Origin: Cenarchaeum sp.
GTDB taxonomy: Archaea; Thermoproteota; Nitrososphaeria; Nitrososphaerales; Nitrosopumilaceae
Length of the DNA: 64,000 nt
Reading direction: 5' to 3'
Assembly: GCA_965206845.1 (NCBI GenBank)
Contig: OZ242221.1
Location: 192,001-256,000 of the forward strand
The position numbers were made by a program, and so were the translations under genes. Of this stretch, positions 59,546 to 64,000 are shown piece after piece. Within the stretch, counting starts at the first letter, position 1, and every line of letters starts with the position of its first letter. Below the pieces are notes generated by a model, which saw nothing but the letters and a program-made list of their open reading frames with translations, was not told where the DNA came from and searched no databases.

Positions 59546-60334
59546 CTACTCTGGCACGCCAAAGAACGCCTTTCGGGCATAGCACAGGTATGTCGTGTGG
59601 CCGATTGCCTGAAACGAGTGCCTTGTCTTGCCGTCCCTGGCCTCGATGGTTCGCTGTATGTTCTCCACGCACTCGATGTCGGTAAACTCGTTCTCCCGAA
59701 GGGCCGCAGTCAGCCTCTCCAGCTGGTTCATCGTCGGGCAGACTGCGACCACGCCGCCGCCGCCCTTGAGCATTCTCCGCACCTGCGGAAGGGCGGTCCA
59801 GGGATCCCCTATGTCTATCAGGGCCACGTCTGCACCCACAACCGGGGGCTCGTCGGCATCCCGGACATCCTCGTTTGCCATCACAACGTACTTGAGCATT
59901 CCCGCCCTCTCGATGTTCTTCCGCGCTATCTTCATAAAATCGCCGTTGACATCAAACGTGTATACGCGCCCCCGGGGCGATACGACCCCGGCCACGGCAG
60001 CCGAAAGGGCCCCGCTGCCGGTGCCGATCTCCACAACCTTCTGCCCCGTGCGCAGGCCGGTCCGGGCTATGATGTACCCGATATCCTTTGGGTATACGAT
60101 CTGGGTGCCGTGCTGGATCTTCATCGTATAGTCATACGCCGTGGGCTCCAGCAGATAGACGTACTTGTCCTTGTTTGTCATTATGCGGCTTCCAAACTCC
60201 TGGCCTATGGCATCGTTGTGCCTGATCACCCCCAGGTGGGTGTGCAGCTGCTCGTTCTTGGAGAGCCTGACAAGCCACTTCTTCGAGTTGTTATAAAAGA
60301 ACAGGACGTCGGAGTTTCTCTTGATCCTTGCCAT
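59546..60334 (-). CDS. trmI: tRNA (adenine-N1)-methyltransferase
   Basis: TQIVYPKD, EIGTGSGAL, D..DPW, GHT.Y. Confidence 0.92.
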   Translation of the reverse strand: MARIKRNSDVLFFYNNSKKWLVRLSKNEQLHTHLGVIRHNDAIGQEFGSRIMTNKDKYVYLLEPTAYDYTMKIQHGTQIVYPKDIGYIIARTGLRTGQKVVEIGTGSGALSAAVAGVVSPRGRVYTFDVNGDFMKIARKNIERAGMLKYVVMANEDVRDADEPPVVGADVALIDIGDPWTALPQVRRMLKGGGGVVAVCPTMNQLERLTAALRENEFTDIECVENIQRTIEARDGKTRHSFQAIGHTTYLCYARKAFFGVPE

Positions 60335-60527
60335 GTGTATGGCCCGTACGGTTTGGATAATAACCTAGTGCCCGCGCATGCAGACATCTGGGGTGCTCTG
60401 CGCAGTCCCGTTCGGGCACGCTCCTGGAGCCTGCCTCTACGGTGCGGCCCTACACCGCACGGAGTCAGGGATTCCGCCCCGATACGCGCACCATGACAAA
60501 CCTCCGTTGCCTGGCTCGATGCAGCGC

Positions 60528-61814
60528 ATGCCCCGGCGCAGCACAAAGTACATTTTATGTGAACCAAACTCAGGCAGGTGTGAACCTGCGGGTCCCGGCA
60601 TACTGTTCGCAAGCGCGGCAGTGGGAACGTCCCGCCTGATCCAGTCCACCCGCGCCGGGGCCGAGTTCGGCCTGATAGTCCTGGCACTCGTGGTTGCGGT
60701 TCTTGTCCTCAGGTACCCGTTCTTCGAGTACGGGCTGCGCTACGCCAGCGCAACAGGCACCAGCCTCGTCGACGGATACAGGAGGCTTGGCAGGGCAAGC
60801 TTCTGGCTGTTCTTTGCGACCACCCTGGCAGCGATGTTCTTCGTTACGGGCGCCGTGATGTTCGTGACGGCCGGGTTCTTTGCCAACCTCTTTCAGATCG
60901 GGCACTCACAGGAGCTGGTCACAGTGGTGCTGTTTGCCGTATGCGTCTTGATTCTGGTCATCGGCAGGTACAGCGCGCTGGACTGGGTCATCAAGGCAGT
61001 AGCCATCATAATGGTGGTTGCCACGGCAGCGGCGTTTCTTGTCTCCGTGTGGAACGGACCTGTGGAGCCCATGGAAGGGTTTGCGCCCCGCAGCCTGTTG
61101 GATGATGCAGGCATCTTCTTTCTTCTGGCCCTGCTGGGCTTCATGCCCGCTCCCATCGATGCCTCAACGTGGACCAGCCTGTGGTCGCTAGAGAGAATCA
61201 AGCAGTCGGGGTACCGTCCAAGACTGAAGGAGTCGATCTCCGAGTTCAAGTTTGGGTATGTGGTAACGGGCCTGCTTGCAACAATGTTTGTGGTTCTGGG
61301 CACCAACCTCTTCTTTGGATCCGGAGAGGCGCTGTCAGACGACGGCGCCGGCTTTGCGCACCAGGTGGTCACGCTGTACACCAGCGCCATCGGCCAGTGG
61401 AGCTACCCGGTGGTCGCCGCATCGGCGTTTACGGTCATGTTTGGCACGGTCATGACCGCCCTGGACGGGTACACCAGATCCCTCAAAAGGGCAGCAGACC
61501 TGATGATTCCAGGGACTGTCGCTGCGCGCTTCAGGGGAAATCTCATGAACTCCACCATACTCGTGGCCCTGGCGGTGGGCTCGCTGGTTGTGATATTGCA
61601 GTTCGGCAGCAGCCTGCGGGAGCTGGTGGACTTTGCCACGGTGCTCAGCTTTGTCGTCTTTCCCGTAATGGCGTACTTTAACCTGAGGCTGATGGGCAGC
61701 AAGTACATTGCCAAGGAGTCACAGCCGTCGGCAGGCATCAGGATTCTCAGCTATGCCGGAATGATCTTTCTGGTGGGACTTACTGCGATCTTCCTGTTCT
61801 TCAGGTTCACCTGA
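60528..61814 (+). CDS. NRAMP-related divalent metal/solute transporter
   Basis: GPGILFA..AVG.S.L.QSTRAGA.FG; about 11 TM segments; start uncertain. Confidence 0.8.
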   Translation: MPRRSTKYILCEPNSGRCEPAGPGILFASAAVGTSRLIQSTRAGAEFGLIVLALVVAVLVLRYPFFEYGLRYASATGTSLVDGYRRLGRASFWLFFATTLAAMFFVTGAVMFVTAGFFANLFQIGHSQELVTVVLFAVCVLILVIGRYSALDWVIKAVAIIMVVATAAAFLVSVWNGPVEPMEGFAPRSLLDDAGIFFLLALLGFMPAPIDASTWTSLWSLERIKQSGYRPRLKESISEFKFGYVVTGLLATMFVVLGTNLFFGSGEALSDDGAGFAHQVVTLYTSAIGQWSYPVVAASAFTVMFGTVMTALDGYTRSLKRAADLMIPGTVAARFRGNLMNSTILVALAVGSLVVILQFGSSLRELVDFATVLSFVVFPVMAYFNLRLMGSKYIAKESQPSAGIRILSYAGMIFLVGLTAIFLFFRFT

Positions 61815-61818
61815 GCGG

Positions 61819-63690
61819 CTACATCCTGTCGGGCGCCGGTATTCCCAGGGTGTCAAGGCCCCGGCGCATGGTCTCCCTAAAGGACGCGACAAGGCACAAC
61901 CGCTGGTTCGTGGTGGCACCGTCCCTAGGATCTATGACCCGGACATGCTCGTAGAACGCATTAAAGGACACTGCCAGGCTGTGGCAGTACCTTGCGATAA
62001 CCTTGGGAGAGAGGTTTCTGGCGGCGTCCTCCATGCGAAGCGGAAACGCGCCCACAAGCCGCAGCAGATCCCTCTCGTACTGTCCGTCCAGGGAGTCAAA
62101 GTCGGCCGCAAAGTCGGGCCCGAACCCGGCCCGCTCAAGTATCCTGCAGGCGCGGGCGTGCGCGTACTGGATGTACGGGGCGGTGTCACCCTCCAGGCTT
62201 AGGGACCGCACAAGATCAAAGGTGATGGGCTTGTCGAGATCCTGCTTTATCATCTCGTACCGTATGGTGCCTGTCGCAACGTCTCGCGCCGTTGCGTCCA
62301 GGGCCCCGGGGCCCCACCCGGGGTTCCGCTTTGCGGTCTCCTCCCTGACCCTTGACTCCAGCAGGCCGATGACCGAGTCGGCATCCACAAACAGCCCCTT
62401 CCTTCCGGACATCTGCGTCTTTTCGCCGCCCGTCTTTGCGCCCAGCTGCTGGGCCGTTGCGGCACTCAGGTTGACTGACTCGTAGGCAAGGTGCAGGTAC
62501 GAGTCGGGCTTTGAGGTGAACCGCGACATCAGGCCCGTGATGATCCTCTGGAGTCCCGACTGCCGCGAGTCGATGACCGTAACCACCCGGTCAGCGGCAA
62601 AGCTCTGCGGCGTACCGCCGGCCTCAAGCCCGGTCTGCCACAGGGTCTTGCCCGGCTGCCCGGCCTCGTACGGGAAGTAGTGGAATGGATCATCCACAAG
62701 GCCCAGCTTCCATGCGGCGTACGGTATGTCCTTGGCGACGTACGTGGCGGTTCCGTTGCTGCGCACAAGCACCATGTCCCAGTCCGGGCCGGGTATGACC
62801 CAGCAGCCTGCATTCTTGCCGTCTTGTTCGTACCTGACCAGTCCGCTCTCCTGCAGCTTTGCAAATACTTTTTGCCACAGCCCGGAGTGGAGTATCTGCG
62901 ATTCGAAGTTCAGGCAGTCGTAGTACACCCCCAGGCGCCAGCAGGTCTCCAGCTGGCACCGGAGAACGCGGCGGGTTATCCGGCCTGCCAGCTTTGCGGC
63001 ATCAGAGTCTGCATTCTCCAGATCCCGCATGATCCCGGTCCTTGCCTCCTGCAGTGAGGGATCCTCGTCGTACATCCGCGTGGTTCCCACGTACACGGTC
63101 CCGCCGCAGTAGTGGTCAAACTTCTCGCCGTCGGGCGGATCCTGGGCAAAGCCAAGGCGCACAAACCCCAGCACGATGTCGGCCACCTGCAGTCCCGAGT
63201 CATCCACATAGTTGAGCACCCGGACGTCGTAGCCGGCCCCCTGCAGCACCCTGGATATGACGTCGCCTATGACGATGTTTCTGATGTGCCCTATGTGCAG
63301 CGCCTTGTTGGGGTTGACGCTTGTGTGCTCCACCACAATGGGCGCGCCGCCCCCCAGACCAATTGCTCCGTATCCGGCCTTGACAGACCCCCGCAGGATG
63401 AGCCCGTGGAGCTCTGCCGGATCCGCAAAGAAGTTGAGGTAGCCCGACCGGTGGGCCTCGACCCGCCGAACCAGCCCGCCACTACTCCTGTACATGCCTG
63501 CCACGTCAGCAGCCACCTGGTAGGGGCTCCGCTTCAGCCTTCCGGCAAGCAGGAACGACACGTTGGAGGAGACATCGCCAAAGCCCGGCCGGGACGGCTC
63601 CACCGCATACGGCACGTCAGGCAGGCCCATCTCTGAGAGCGCCTGTGCCAGTCCGGCAGACACCTCGTCAAGCAGCGCCTTGAGGCTCAT
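61819..63690 (-). CDS. argS: Arginine--tRNA ligase
   Basis: EHTSVNPNKALHIGHIRN, MSGRKG, PYIQYAHAR. Confidence 0.96.
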   Translation of the reverse strand: MSLKALLDEVSAGLAQALSEMGLPDVPYAVEPSRPGFGDVSSNVSFLLAGRLKRSPYQVAADVAGMYRSSGGLVRRVEAHRSGYLNFFADPAELHGLILRGSVKAGYGAIGLGGGAPIVVEHTSVNPNKALHIGHIRNIVIGDVISRVLQGAGYDVRVLNYVDDSGLQVADIVLGFVRLGFAQDPPDGEKFDHYCGGTVYVGTTRMYDEDPSLQEARTGIMRDLENADSDAAKLAGRITRRVLRCQLETCWRLGVYYDCLNFESQILHSGLWQKVFAKLQESGLVRYEQDGKNAGCWVIPGPDWDMVLVRSNGTATYVAKDIPYAAWKLGLVDDPFHYFPYEAGQPGKTLWQTGLEAGGTPQSFAADRVVTVIDSRQSGLQRIITGLMSRFTSKPDSYLHLAYESVNLSAATAQQLGAKTGGEKTQMSGRKGLFVDADSVIGLLESRVREETAKRNPGWGPGALDATARDVATGTIRYEMIKQDLDKPITFDLVRSLSLEGDTAPYIQYAHARACRILERAGFGPDFAADFDSLDGQYERDLLRLVGAFPLRMEDAARNLSPKVIARYCHSLAVSFNAFYEHVRVIDPRDGATTNQRLCLVASFRETMRRGLDTLGIPAPDRM

Positions 63691-64000
63691 CGGGCCATCC
63701 CCCGGAACAGCATTCCCAGCGCCTCGATGACGCCGTCGCCTGCCTTCTGGCCCACTGCGATGTCGGCCCTTGACCTGACGGACGCGGGGGCGTTTCCCAG
63801 CGCAACGCTAGTGCCTGCGACATCGAACATCGGAACGTCAGTCTCGCTGTCGCCGATGGCAATCACGTCCTCTTTGGGTATCGAGCGCATCTTCATCACG
63901 TGCGCAAGCCCTGCCCCCTTGCTTGTGCCGACGGAGTTTATGTGAAATGCATAAAGGCTGTCAGAGAGGGTCACATCAAGTCCCTCCTCACGGACTATCT
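63687..64000 (-). CDS. HAD-superfamily phosphoglycolate phosphatase (partial, runs off the window)
   Basis: SKG.GL, AIGDSETD..MF, GNA. Confidence 0.8.
   Translation of the reverse strand, partial: IVREEGLDVTLSDSLYAFHINSVGTSKGAGLAHVMKMRSIPKEDVIAIGDSETDVPMFDVAGTSVALGNAPASVRSRADIAVGQKAGDGVIEALGMLFRGMAR

Overview
Chromosomal segment of a GC-rich ammonia-oxidising archaeon (Nitrososphaerota, Nitrosopumilaceae-like; host or sponge association is inferred, not shown). The archaeal markers are uL16/L10e, tRNA-splicing endonuclease, proteasome beta subunit, TrmI, long ThyX and thaumarchaeal IPxWIK-tailed surface proteins. Bases 1-34 kb are core genes: gdhA, tRNA-Glu, copA, an ABC exporter, a full phosphate cluster (pstS, phoU-AbrB, pstCAB, phoU, sixA, ppx) interrupted by an orphan Dam-family methyltransferase, and purFLQ. 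Bases 34-52 kb are an accessory island between purQ and a probable SRP RNA. It contains nested IS630 elements, IS6-like ends and several MITE families, and AT-rich cargo cassettes. It also holds a DUF285/BspA-like surface protein with nine 75-bp repeats hypervariable at fixed codons, a separate partial copy of that gene, three related membrane-anchored proteins and a phased short-motif array. Bases 52-64 kb are core genes again (thyX, msrB, hom, psmB, nnrD, trmI, argS). No CRISPR array, rRNA, integrase or reverse transcriptase was seen. All calls are by eye, without database searches.
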